From: Bacteroidota bacterium
GTDB taxonomy: Bacteria; Bacteroidota; Bacteroidia; CAILMK01; JACPUW01
Length of the DNA: 34,185 nt
Reading direction: 5' to 3'
NCBI GenBank assembly: GCA_020437725.1
Contig: JAGQWA010000003.1
Span: 1 to 34,185 of the forward strand
Shown here: positions 1 to 11,000 of the stretch, piece by piece
Layout of the letters: each line of letters begins with the position of its first letter
How positions within the stretch are numbered: position 1 is the first letter of the stretch
Translations under genes and position numbers: made by a program
Notes under the pieces: generated by a model
Told to the model about the DNA's origin: nothing
Databases searched by the model: none
Seen by the model: only the letters and a program-made list of their open reading frames with translations

Positions 1-57
1 TTAAGCTAGACGCAAGTTTGAAGCATGATTTTGATTAGGAAATCAAATAAGAAAAAG

Positions 58-909
58 CTAAATAAACTTCCTTTTCACAGTAGCCAACAACTCATTATAC
101 AACTCATTGTCTTCGGAGAATTCGAATTTGGGCATTACTTCGAATTGTAAATACGATTTGGCTTCTGAGAAATTCTTTGACTTGTTTACAAAGTCAATGG
201 CTTTTTTGAATGCCTTGCTGTCGTTGCCAAAAAGCTCTTTGGTATAAATTACCTGTTGGTTGATGCTAATGGCTTTTTTAATATCAGAAATAGGTTGCCC
301 TGAGAACCTGGCGCTTACTTCTTTCTGTTTTTCTTTAGTAGCAGCCAATTTTTGGTGAAGCGATTGTTGCTCGGGCTTTCCAATTTTATCGTTTAAGCTT
401 TTGCCTGTTGCTACTGGACTTGGTCTTGGCGTTTCGGTTTTAGCTTCTTCTTGGCGTGTTGGCTCAGGTTTGGTTTCAACTACTGTTTCAGGTTCTGAAA
501 CCATTTCAACAGTTTCTTCAACTACTTCAACAACCGATTCCGTTTCTTCAATTACCACTTCAACCTCAGTGGGTTCTTTGGCAACATGTTGTTCTGTTTC
601 TTTTGGCTGAACTGGTTGTGGTTGTGGTGCTAGCACTTCTTGTTGCAATTGCTCGGCTTTCTCTACAATCTCAGCCATTTCTTTGTCGGCCTTTGCACTA
701 ATATCTTCAATTTCTAAATCTTCAGAGTCAATATTCTTGGCAGCGCCCAATTTTAAGCCTTGCACCTGGTCGTATAAATCAATAAGCTTTTTCTCTAACA
801 GACCCACTTCAATTGCCGGAATATCATCTTTAACACGCATGCGGCCAATTGAGCCGTGGCATTCTTCAATCAGATTTTCAAGTTTATCAAGCAATTGATT
901 CTTATTCAT
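58..909 (-). CDS. hypothetical protein (helical N-terminus, E/V/T/P-rich low-complexity linker, basic C-terminal domain)
   Basis: 283-aa ORF with ATG at 909. The central stretch is low-complexity and acidic (QPQPVQPKETEQ..., EVEVVIEETESVVEVVEETVEMV). No family motif recognised by eye. The three plus-strand ORFs inside it (401-610, 456-701, 683-898) are low-complexity antisense artefacts. Confidence 0.6.
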   Translation of the reverse strand: MNKNQLLDKLENLIEECHGSIGRMRVKDDIPAIEVGLLEKKLIDLYDQVQGLKLGAAKNIDSEDLEIEDISAKADKEMAEIVEKAEQLQQEVLAPQPQPVQPKETEQHVAKEPTEVEVVIEETESVVEVVEETVEMVSEPETVVETKPEPTRQEEAKTETPRPSPVATGKSLNDKIGKPEQQSLHQKLAATKEKQKEVSARFSGQPISDIKKAISINQQVIYTKELFGNDSKAFKKAIDFVNKSKNFSEAKSYLQFEVMPKFEFSEDNELYNELLATVKRKFI

Positions 910-1025
910 GGTAAAACCTATTAAGTATTGAGCTTATTACCATCAAAAGTAGGTGCGCTAAAAATGCCCACATAGCGAACTTATTCACCATTTGCGAATA
1001 GCATTTGGCTCTATATTTGGCGGCT

Positions 1026-1613
1026 ATGTTTCATGAACCGCACATTCAAACCGAAAAGCCACGCGGCTGGATAGAAATTATTTGTGGCCCCATGTTTTCG
1101 GGCAAAACAGAAGAACTACTAAGGCGTTTGCGCAGAGCCAAAATTGCGAACCAAAAAATGGTCATTTTCAAACCTTCTATTGACATTAGATACGGCCAAA
1201 ACAAAATCGTTTCGCATGATGCTAATTACTTTCCTTCCCTTCCGGTAAAACACTCAAGTGAGATTTTGAAAAATGCCGGTTCTGCCCAACTAGTAGCTAT
1301 TGACGAAGTGCAGTTTTTTGATGAAGATGTGGTAAAAGTGGCTGAAGAACTGGCCGTAAATGGTAAAAGGGTTATTTGTGCAGGTTTAGATATGGATTAT
1401 TTGGGTGTGCCATTTGGCCCCATGCCACAACTACTGGCTGTAGCCAATTATATTACTAAAATACAGGCCATTTGCTTGGTTTGTGGAAGCCCTGCCACCC
1501 ATAGCTTTAGAATTGCTGCCAGTAAAGACCAAGTAGCACTAGGCGAAAAAGAAAGCTATGAAGCACGTTGCAGGCAGTGTTTTAATGCAGGAATGAAAGC
1601 CAAATCTGCTTAG
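1026..1613 (+). CDS. tdk: thymidine kinase
   Basis: P-loop GPMFSGKTEEL, DEVQFF motif, and C-terminal zinc-ribbon cysteines (CLVCG ... CRQC), typical of type II thymidine kinases. The track ORF starts at TTG 1005. The in-frame ATG at 1026 (MFHEPH...) is the more likely start. Confidence 0.9.
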   Translation: MFHEPHIQTEKPRGWIEIICGPMFSGKTEELLRRLRRAKIANQKMVIFKPSIDIRYGQNKIVSHDANYFPSLPVKHSSEILKNAGSAQLVAIDEVQFFDEDVVKVAEELAVNGKRVICAGLDMDYLGVPFGPMPQLLAVANYITKIQAICLVCGSPATHSFRIAASKDQVALGEKESYEARCRQCFNAGMKAKSA

Positions 1614-2206
1614 CTTTTGCGAGCAAATGCATCGCCAAATGCTCTACCCATAATTATTACTTGCCTAAATAAAAGCGCACCAAAAATTACCAAAACAACA
1701 GCGCCAAAAAGACTTGTCCACTCTGTTTTATTGTTTAAATAGGCTTTTACTATGGTTTGGGCAAAGTATAAAACTCCAGTTGCCAGCAAACTAAAAAAGC
1801 CAATGGCAATGGTTAAAGCCAATTGATGGTTCACCAAGTCCATGCCGCGCAGTTGCTGTTTTTTGAAGTCGCCCCAGCGCATATCGGCATATTTATCAGC
1901 ACGGTAACGAGCCTTAAACTCCCAATCGCGCATATTGGCTTCGCGGGCTTTTTCTTGCGCGGCGGCTTGTCTGGCCGCTTCTCCGTAACCTGAGTTTCTA
2001 TACGATCGCATTAAATCATATTGCTCCTTGCGGCCTGGATCCATTAAAATATCGTAGGCAGCGTAAATGTCTTTGAATTTTTGGCTGGCATTTTCTTCGT
2101 CAGAAACATCAGGATGGTATTTCTTGGCCAGTTGCCTAAATGCCGCTTTTATCTCGCGCTCGGTGGCGTTTTCTTCAACTTGGAGAATAGCGTAAAGGTT
2201 TAGCAT
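1610..2206 (-). CDS. J-domain (DnaJ-like) membrane protein
   Basis: N-terminal J domain with the HPD motif (LYAILQV...AFRQLAKKYHPDV). Two hydrophobic helices in the C-terminal half (LALTIAIGFFSLLATGVLYF, LFGAVVLVIFGALLF). ATG at 2206. Confidence 0.85.
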   Translation of the reverse strand: MLNLYAILQVEENATEREIKAAFRQLAKKYHPDVSDEENASQKFKDIYAAYDILMDPGRKEQYDLMRSYRNSGYGEAARQAAAQEKAREANMRDWEFKARYRADKYADMRWGDFKKQQLRGMDLVNHQLALTIAIGFFSLLATGVLYFAQTIVKAYLNNKTEWTSLFGAVVLVIFGALLFRQVIIMGRAFGDAFARKS

Positions 2207-2326
2207 TTAGGAGGCTACAATAGTGATTACAATGATACGAAGCTGGACCAAACTCTATTTTGTTCGAAGAAATTTTAAGCTACAGGTGGTTAACGAAAAA
2301 GAGCAATAATTAGTTTAATTCTAGTT

Positions 2327-2408
2327 TTGAGTCTTGAGTGTTGAGTGTTGAGTGGTTTTAAATTTTAAATTTTGAATTTTAAATTTTGGATCTAGTTTCT
2401 AATTGCTA
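2327..2408. repeat. intergenic short-period repeat block, member of a dispersed family
   Basis: Four tandem TTGAGT(C/G) heptamers (2327-2354), then TTTTAAA/TTTTGAA periodic sequence (2355-2389), then TCTAGTTTCTAATTGCTA. Contains the reverse complement of the 13-mer AAAATTCAAAATT (2368-2380) and the 10-mers TCTAGTTTCT and CTAATTGCTA, which recur at 13759-13892 and 32538-32745. Confidence 0.7.
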
Positions 2409-2428
2409 ATCACTTCACGATACATCAT

Positions 2429-4696
2429 CTAACCTTTAATCTCATTAAGCAAATCAACTAATTCGGCATCGTTGTTTACGCCAAGTTTTTTTCTGAGATG
2501 CGATTTGTGGGTATGAATACTGCCTAATTGCTGGCCGGTTATTGCCGATATTTCTTTGTTGCTTAGACCAGAAATTTGCAATGCAGCTATGCGCAACTCA
2601 CTTTCGGTGAGCGTTTCGTTTTTGGCCAATAAATCTTGATAAAACTGGCTATTAGCTTCCTGAAATTCTAGGTTGAATTGTTGCCAGGTTTCGTTCTGCA
2701 AATTGGCCCTAAACTCCAAAAGCACCGACCTGAATTTTCTTCTAATGTCAACATTTAACTTGGCTGAAAGTTCTTCTATCTTACTCAGCAACTGACCAAA
2801 ACTCGTATTGCTCTTAGCCAGTTCGAAGGCAGTTCTTTCAAGCGCATTTTCTTTTTTTGAAATATTCTGCCTTAGCAACGAAAGTTCAGCCAACTGCGCT
2901 CTTTTAATGGCTTCGTTGCGCATTCGCTTAGTTACCAAAAACAACACGATAAAAATGAGAATAATCACCACCGAAATACTTCCAATAGCCCACAAGTTAC
3001 GCCTGGTTTGCAACAATTGATTCTCTTTGGTAAGCAGGTTTTTAGCGCTTCGTTCTCTTTCAAGTTCAAGTGTTTTATCAAGCCTACTTAGCTGTTCGTA
3101 ATAACCCAAGGATTGCGTTTTAACCCTTAGGCTATCGTATTTTTTGTAGTGAAAAAATGCTTTGTTCAGATTTTCAGCCTGTTCGTAAGCCTTTGATAAT
3201 TGAAAATGCAATTTTCTTAAGTCAACAATAAATTTTCCGTTTTTAAAGCGAGATAAATACTCATTAATGAGCGCGATTTCTTCTTCATACTTTTGGTTGG
3301 CATGCAAAATGAGAATGGCTTGTTTAAAAACTATGGTATGTCCGCCTAGTTCATTTTCATCTTTAAAGAATGCAATTAAACTATCAAGATGGTTGGCATT
3401 AGAATTTGGGTTTAAAGCAATTTGCCAGCAAAGCCATAATGCATCTAAACTCTTGCCCATGGATTTACGAACCACTGGTGGGCTTTGGGTTTGGCTATAA
3501 TGTCTATTGCGCATAAGTTGTAACGTATCTAACACATAAGCAGAAATTGCTACTCCCCTTGCCAAGTGCTTTGCAATAAGCGAATAAGTATAAACACCAG
3601 CTTGCGATAGATATGCGTAGCCATATTCATCAGGAATTGTTCTCACCTTAAACGCCCCAGTACTGCGCTCAACATAGGTTATAATTGAGTCTATGAAATG
3701 CGCATTATCTTGGAGGTCGAAATAATCAAATTCAAAAAAAGCACTTCTTAGTGCATCACTTTCAAATTTTACTTCGCCATCATGGCTTTTATGGTATTGC
3801 AATAATTCTTTGAATAGAATCTGAGCACGTTTACTATCACCTAAATCTAGATAAGCGTTTATTAATTGGGTTTTGCCCCAATATACGCCGCTCGGTAAGC
3901 CGGCTTTCATATAACCATTTACCGCGGTTTGATAATGGTCTATTGCTTTGTTTAAATACCCTGCTTTTTCAAGGCAATTACCCAAGTTCATAATGGGCGC
4001 CATTTTCATTCCATCGACAAATTTTACAACACCATAGCCCGGGCAATAAACCACGAATGAACTTTTATAATGTTGAATTTCAGCCTTGAATTTTTCGTAG
4101 TAAAATATGGCAGAGTCTAATTGCCTTTTATGATAAAAGAAGTAAGAAATATCTGTAAGAAGCCTATAGCGCAAGCCTATTTGGTTTTTGCTCTTTTCAG
4201 TTAACCGAAGGCATTTTTGCATTTGTTCAAACTCTTGCATGGCCGACCAGCCAAAGTTTTGAGAACCGGGAATTTTAAGCCAATAGTAAATGGCTTTTTG
4301 CTCGTTGTTTAATTGCGATTCATTGAGCCTTAAGTTGACTTTTTTTTCTCTAAAATGGGCCGTAATGGCTTTTAAAAGTTGGAAATTGATGGCCGTTTCC
4401 TGATTTTGCTCAGTGGAATTGGCAACTATGAAATTTGAAATTTCACCTGTATCTATCTCATGGAAACCACCACATGAATTAGGATCTGAAAACAAGTTTT
4501 GGCTATACAAACTCCATAATGGAAGTGCAGCCGAAAGTTTCTCTTCTTTATTGCCTTTATGGTAAACCACAAGCAAAGAATCAGTTAGTTGGCAAAGCGC
4601 CAAATCGTGATTAAGTGCAGTTTGCGATTTCGCATTTTGCAGCAACCCAATTACCACAATAAAGGCTAGCCCAACACCTTTAATAAGATTTTTCAT
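2429..4696 (-). CDS. membrane-anchored one-component regulator: signal peptide, large extracytoplasmic TPR-like domain, TM helix, coiled coil, LuxR-type HTH
   Basis: 755 aa, ATG at 4696. N-terminal signal-like MKNLIKGVGLAFIVVIGLLQNAKSQ. TM helix LWAIGSISVVIILIFIVLFLV. C-terminal LuxR/GerE-type HTH (LTESELRIAALQISGLSNKEISAITGQQLGSIHTHKSHLRKKLGV). No receiver or kinase domain. Confidence 0.8.
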   Translation of the reverse strand: MKNLIKGVGLAFIVVIGLLQNAKSQTALNHDLALCQLTDSLLVVYHKGNKEEKLSAALPLWSLYSQNLFSDPNSCGGFHEIDTGEISNFIVANSTEQNQETAINFQLLKAITAHFREKKVNLRLNESQLNNEQKAIYYWLKIPGSQNFGWSAMQEFEQMQKCLRLTEKSKNQIGLRYRLLTDISYFFYHKRQLDSAIFYYEKFKAEIQHYKSSFVVYCPGYGVVKFVDGMKMAPIMNLGNCLEKAGYLNKAIDHYQTAVNGYMKAGLPSGVYWGKTQLINAYLDLGDSKRAQILFKELLQYHKSHDGEVKFESDALRSAFFEFDYFDLQDNAHFIDSIITYVERSTGAFKVRTIPDEYGYAYLSQAGVYTYSLIAKHLARGVAISAYVLDTLQLMRNRHYSQTQSPPVVRKSMGKSLDALWLCWQIALNPNSNANHLDSLIAFFKDENELGGHTIVFKQAILILHANQKYEEEIALINEYLSRFKNGKFIVDLRKLHFQLSKAYEQAENLNKAFFHYKKYDSLRVKTQSLGYYEQLSRLDKTLELERERSAKNLLTKENQLLQTRRNLWAIGSISVVIILIFIVLFLVTKRMRNEAIKRAQLAELSLLRQNISKKENALERTAFELAKSNTSFGQLLSKIEELSAKLNVDIRRKFRSVLLEFRANLQNETWQQFNLEFQEANSQFYQDLLAKNETLTESELRIAALQISGLSNKEISAITGQQLGSIHTHKSHLRKKLGVNNDAELVDLLNEIKG

Positions 4697-4796
4697 AATC
4701 CTTACCCAGGTGAAATATAAGCACTAAATCAACTGGTGCAATAAATGGCTTGATTTTCAATTTCAAATAGCCAATCAAAATCCAGCCAATTGCATT

Positions 4797-5013
4797 CTAC
4801 TCTATTATCAATTTGGCAGTTTTTAATTCTGACTCAAAACTTGCAACCATCACATATTGACCTGCAGAAAGAGTTGAAACATCAATTTCGTTGTGGTAAG
4901 TTTCTAATACCATTTCGCCTTGAAGGTTGTAGATTTTAACACTCAAAATAGTTGAGTTAGCACTTACTATAACCTTATTTGACGCTGGGTTGGGATATAT
5001 TTTGAAGTTTCTA
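4797..5013 (-). other. T9SS type-A C-terminal sorting domain of the 2933-aa protein
   Basis: RNFKIYPNPASNKVIVSANSTILSVKIYNLQGEMVLE...LSAGQYVMVA...KLIIE. This is the canonical Por/T9SS CTD pattern (TIGR04183-like). Confidence 0.85.
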
Positions 5014-8000
5014 GTTTGGATTCGACTCCGCTCATCCACCGACAAGGTTGTTACTTGGCTGTATTCGAAATTACCATTGTAGTCTACTTGCTTTAGGCGA
5101 TAGTAAACAGTTGACTGACCACGGTCGACTGACGACAGACTTAAGTGGTCTGTGGACTGTGGACTATGGTCGATAAAATAATAACTGTTAACATCAGACG
5201 TTGTTCCAAAGCCTTCTACCCTTCCTATCTGCATCCAAGTTGTGCCATCAAAGCTTTTATCAATTTCGAAATGGCTGTTGTTGTACTCTTGGGCGGTTTG
5301 CCATTCAAGTTTTGCAGTTTGGCCTTCTTCAACCCAATAAGCATCAAAATTCACTAGTTCTACCGGCAATGGTGTGCCAGGGCCACCTACACCCAAATAA
5401 TAGAGATTGGTGCTAAAATCAATGGTTCGTGTTTGAAAATAAGGATCAGAACCAGTGGCTGCTGTGGTGTAAGGAGCCTGATTCCATGAAGATGAAACCC
5501 CATTTTCCCAATATCCAATTCCACTATTTGCTCTTGTTAAATTGCTTTCTTGTGCGGCGTCCCAGCCTATTTGCACCTGCACATTGTTAACCGCCGAACT
5601 CGATTGAATGGTCCATGTTTCGGTAACTACTTGGTTGGTTATTTCTGTAGTTGGAGCCGTAGGGTCTGTGTAAATTTTATCAGATACCCCAACTGAAAAC
5701 TCGGCATCGCCGCCATTAGAAATTACCACTGGCAAATAAGGATTTCGCCCAATTGGCAGAATTACCGGATCGCTTCCTATGGTGGCCTTTACTCTACCTG
5801 TTCCATTTATTTTAAGATACGAATTGGCATTTCCGTGGCTGGTTGTGCCAGTTAAGGATAAACTAAAATTGTTCAGCTCAATATCGCCTGTGTCAAGTGT
5901 AAGATTTCCGGTAATGGTTAAATCGCCTTCAAGGCTTACATCGTTACTATTTTTAATTCGCAATGCGCCCAGTGTGCCGCTGCCGCCTAATTTCTGTTTT
6001 GCCGTGCCCGACATAATGAGCACTCCGCTGCCTGATGCTGTTCCGTTTACAATTACTTCTTCAGTTACTGTTACGTTGGCATTGGTGGTTACGGTTTTAC
6101 CAGATACCACATGAAAACCCTTGTAAGTTCCAGCAATGGCAAGTGTTAAATCATGGAATACTGCAATTTTATCGGTTGAACTATTTGGTGCAGAACCATC
6201 TTTCCAAGTGGTGCCAATGTTGTTGTTACCGTCTCTTACGGTTTTAAATGGCTCTCGAGCATTTGCCAAAACCCAGCAGTTACTTAAATCCATATTGGTT
6301 AAAGTACCAGTATAACCATTGCCACTCTCGTCTGTTAATGATGTTCCTGAAGTAAAATCGAAGGTGTAGTATGCCAGCAAATCGTCTTCATCGCCATTTA
6401 ACGATGCGTACATATTGTCTTGAATTTCGGTTTGAGTTCTAGCATCGCCCCAAAAACGGAGTTCATCCAGAACGCCCGGATAAAAACCTGTTTGTTGACT
6501 TCCAATGCCGTTAATCTGGTTATTGAATGATGCTGACGCTATGGTTTCTGTTGCCACCAAAATTCCATCTACATATAATTTCCACTCATAATTTGAAGTT
6601 CCTGAAATTGATTTACAAGACCATGCCACGTGGTGCCAAGTATTTCTCTGAATAACGCCAGAATAAGTTTTGGTAATTGGGTTGAATCCATTGCCATAGC
6701 CAATTTCAATTCCAGTATCGTTATTAATAAAAATATTAGGTGGATGGCGATAACTCAACAAAGTTCCAGTTGCCTTTCCAAATAATGGCACCAATCCGCC
6801 ATTACTCGGATTATCATGTCTAAGCCAAGTTTCAATTGTAAACTCGGTACCCAACCGCAAGTTGCTTACGGCTACATAATCGTCGGAGCCGTCAAACTTT
6901 AGGGCATTTCCAGGCCCCATTAGCTGTTTTGCCAATTCTTTTGGAACAATTGGTGCAGTGCTTTTTACCCAATTTGATGTGGTATCAGTTAAACCAAAAT
7001 TAACCAGTTGACCTTTGTAAGAATTTGTAGAAACATCTGGCAAATAGGTTTCAGAAGTTTGGTCGAAACGATAGTAAGCCACCAAATTGAGTTCGTTTCC
7101 AACTAGCGATCTAAATCTGTTTTTGTTAAGGTCTTCTTCGGTTCTTAAGGCGTTCCAAATTCTCACTTCTTCGGCTTTTCCACTTAAAAACAGCGAACTG
7201 GCATTGTTTACCCATGTTCTGCCAATAGAAATAATATCGGTGCTCAAAAGAGAAAAATTGGTAAAACTTACATCAGCTTCTTTACGGCCGTCTATATACA
7301 CTTTGTAGCCAACGCCATCTTCAATAACCAAAGCGTAATGGTGCCAGTTATTATCAGTTACGGGTTTTGAATAGGCAGTTAAACCGGTGTAGGGATCATA
7401 AACACCTTCTCGGTTTACTACCCATTTATAGGTTGAACCTGTTGAGTTAATTGAAATTAAAGCACGACTATTGACTTTAGAAACGAACCAGCCTTCAAAA
7501 GTGGCATTGCTAGATGCTACTTGATTGGCTACGTTGCTAATGTCAACATAATCATTATTTCCATCAAAATAGAGCGTGTAACCTGCCGGTTCTTTTGACC
7601 GACCAATGGTATAATTATAACCTGAATGTAAATTGGAAATATTGATTAAAAACTGAATTTTATTACTGTCTATTAGATAGTTAATGTCGTTAATTGGTGT
7701 AAAATCGCCAGTATTGCCATCTCTTTCTAACAAATAATATGAAAAATCGGGAGAAGCCTGAGTCCCGAGAGCAAATGTTAGTTTAATGTTGCCGCCGTTG
7801 GTATCAACATCAAAAACATCGATTTGCCAATTGCGCTCATAGCGATGAGACACATTGCTGCTTGCCAAAATATTGTTGGTGGTTTCTACAAAATCGCCCT
7901 GCATTTTGCTCATTACTATTTTATCGCCTACATCTTGAATGCCTCCTCTTGGCATAAAAAAGCGGGTTAAAATGGCATCGAGCGTTAGCTCGTTGCGTGT

Positions 8001-11000
8001 TGAAGTAGAAATTACAGAACCAGCCCCACCGTTTTCAATTTTATAAATGAGCTCACCATAAGGTGAATCGTCAGAACCTACACCAAAATAGAACTTCTTG
8101 TTATTCATGGTAATACCAGATCTGGTTAGGTAATCTCTTCCATTTGCAGAGCTTGTTGGTGAAACACCATATTTATCCCAGAAGGTTTTTATTCGTCTTG
8201 CTGACATACTTGCCATCGATGCATAGTCAGAATCAAAGCCCGACAGTACATCGCTAGCATTCCATTCCACTTTTATTTCGGCACTTGGAATAGAATCATC
8301 GGTATCAATTACCCAGGTTTTAGAAATTCCATCTTTTGTTTGTGTCCCACTTCTAAACTTAGGGTCAGAATACAAGTTATTGTATAACCCTATTGAAACT
8401 GTATAATTTTGAGAATTACCAATGGTTAAAGGCGTATAGTTGGCATAACCTATGGGGAATGTTACTGAGTTGGTTGGCAGGGTTAGTCTAATGGTTGCCA
8501 AATCATATTTAAACTCAATATAACTGGTTGAATTTCCTACAATTGAGCCGCTAGTAAGCTCAATATCAGCATACAAATGAATTTTTCCGTTGGTAAGTTT
8601 TACTGAATCTTGAAACTGTCTATCGTTATACAAAATCACTTGTGCGCCGTTGTTTACTTCTAAGCCACAATGGCTGCCCGAACCAAAAATGTGCTGGGTA
8701 GAAGTTCCGTTCATAACCGTTTTACCTGTTCCCCTAATTTCTCCAAAGTCGAAAATGCTTTTAGCAACTTGATAGTTGGCATTCAATTCAAAATCTGCAT
8801 TATTATCTAAATAGAGAATGTTGGCGGCTTGGTCTAAATTGGCTATTACATAGCTGTTTATTACCACATTATGCAATGCCGATGTAGGATTTCGGCCATT
8901 GAGCCAAGTAAACTGCGAACCATAAGGGCCGGGGTTAACTGAAACATACGCTTGGCGTGCAAGGGGGCTAATCCAGCAAGAATTGGTATCGGCAAAATTT
9001 GTTAGTTCACCGTATGCACTTGGGTCTTTAATGTTTGGTAATGTGCTTGTGTATGATGCGTCAAAATCGAAATAATGTTTAAGCCCTGAACTAGAAGTCG
9101 CAACTGACTTGAACATGTTCTGTTGCAAGTCAGTTTGACTTCTGGCCGTGTTCCACAGCCTAAATTCATCCATATACCCGTTAAAACTTGAAGATGCTAC
9201 TTTGCCAATTGCCTTTAACCCGTAATCGTAATTTACACCTGTTTGCGTGCTAGTATGCACCAAAACGCCATCTACATATAGTTTCCACTCAGCATTTCCG
9301 CTGGTTTCTTGGCAGGTCCAAGCAATATGCTGCCAGGTGCCCGGGGTTAGTACATTAGAGATGGTTTCTGACAATTGTTCTGTGCCGTTTCCATACTCTA
9401 GTCTAATTGAATTTTGCCCAATTACATATATAGAAGGTGGAATTCTTTTAGGATAAAAAGTATAGTCTCCAGAATTTCCACCAATTACACCATATTTTGA
9501 GCTTGAAGTTGTGTTTTGGGCGTTAATCCACCCTTCTATGGTAAAGGTTTTACCCAACTGCGGATTGTTGCGAAGTGGAACATATTCATTAGTTGAAAAA
9601 CTCAATGCTTTTCCAACGCCTTTTAATAGGAGTTTATCACTATTTCCACCCAGTGGAGCGGTAGATTTTAGCCAATTAGAATTTACACCTGTATAGGCAA
9701 AATTGTAAAGCTTTCCTTGATGACCATAACCCGAAGCATCTGGTAAGTATTGCTCTTCATTTTGGTCGAACTTGTAATAGGCGCAAAGTCTTTCATTGCC
9801 TTCAAAATGCAGGTTCATGCTATCGGCAATGTGCGGCGCTTCGCGTTCTCTGCTCCAAAATTTAACCTCATCAAGCTTACCGTTAAATGCCAACCCGCCT
9901 CTTAAGCCTCCGCCTAGTCGCACTTTGCTAGAAAGTGTCCAAAGTTGGTCATTTACACCATTCGTTTTGGTTGATTCGAGTACCCCATTAATGAACATTT
10001 TAGAATACATATTCCGGTAATTTTTGGTAATGCATACATGTGTCCATTGGTTATTAGCAACGGAACTTTGGCTTTGAAGAGTTACTATATTATTTCCATA
10101 TAAAAACCTAATTTTTCCGTAAAAGAGCAAAACTGAATAGCCATGATTGTTGCCACCATCGCCATCAATAATCATAGCCTGTGTATTGTTTTGATTGGTT
10201 TTAATCCAAAACTCTATAGAAACATCATGGGTGGTGAATTGATTATATGTTTTATAGGGTTGAATAATGTCCACATAATCATCCTGTCCGTCAAAAGCCA
10301 GAGAATAGCCAGGGCCGTTATCAGATATTCCTACGGTAATTTCAGTGTTATTGGTTAGTGCAGTTCCATCAAGAAAAAATACAACGCTATCATTATAAAG
10401 ACCGTAGTCTAGGTTATTTATAATCTCAAAATCAGTTTGTTGAGCTGTTTTTTGAAGTAAATAGTATGAAGCATCATTATTGAAATTGCTTCCAAGAGCG
10501 AATGATAGGCCAACGGTTCCACTATTATTTAAAATGTCTTTTATTTCTAATTGCCAGGTTCTATTTAGCCTGTTTACTACATTGGTTGAAGCGGGAATAT
10601 TATTAGTGGTTTGAGTAAGTGACTGCCCATTGCTTAAAAAATGAATGCCATACCCATTTCTTATGCCATTGGTTTTGTACTTGGTAACGGTTAAACCATG
10701 GTGAGAGCTGGTATGAATAAGCTCGTATGCCAAGTAGCCACTTAATAAATCAGTATTAAGAGCATCAACCGGAGCTGCAGAACCACTACTATAGTTTGAA
10801 TTACCAAGTACGCCAGAAACGTTACTACCAAAGCAATAAACTTGTCCGGTTACTGTGCAGCCCAGCGAACTAAAATAGCCAGCTTTAACCCATATTACCG
10901 AGCCTTGTTTTTTATCGCCAAAATAGTAGCTCGAATTGCTTTTGCCTTTTATAACCGCTCGTGGCGTTTTGGCGTAAGTTGTTGATGAACTGCTGCCTAA

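Noticed and set aside
401-898. Three overlapping plus-strand ORFs (401-610, 456-701, 683-898)
   Set aside because: They are antisense to the 58-909 ORF across its low-complexity linker. Repetitive S/T/V/L translations are typical of the mirror frames of E/V/T-rich coding sequence.
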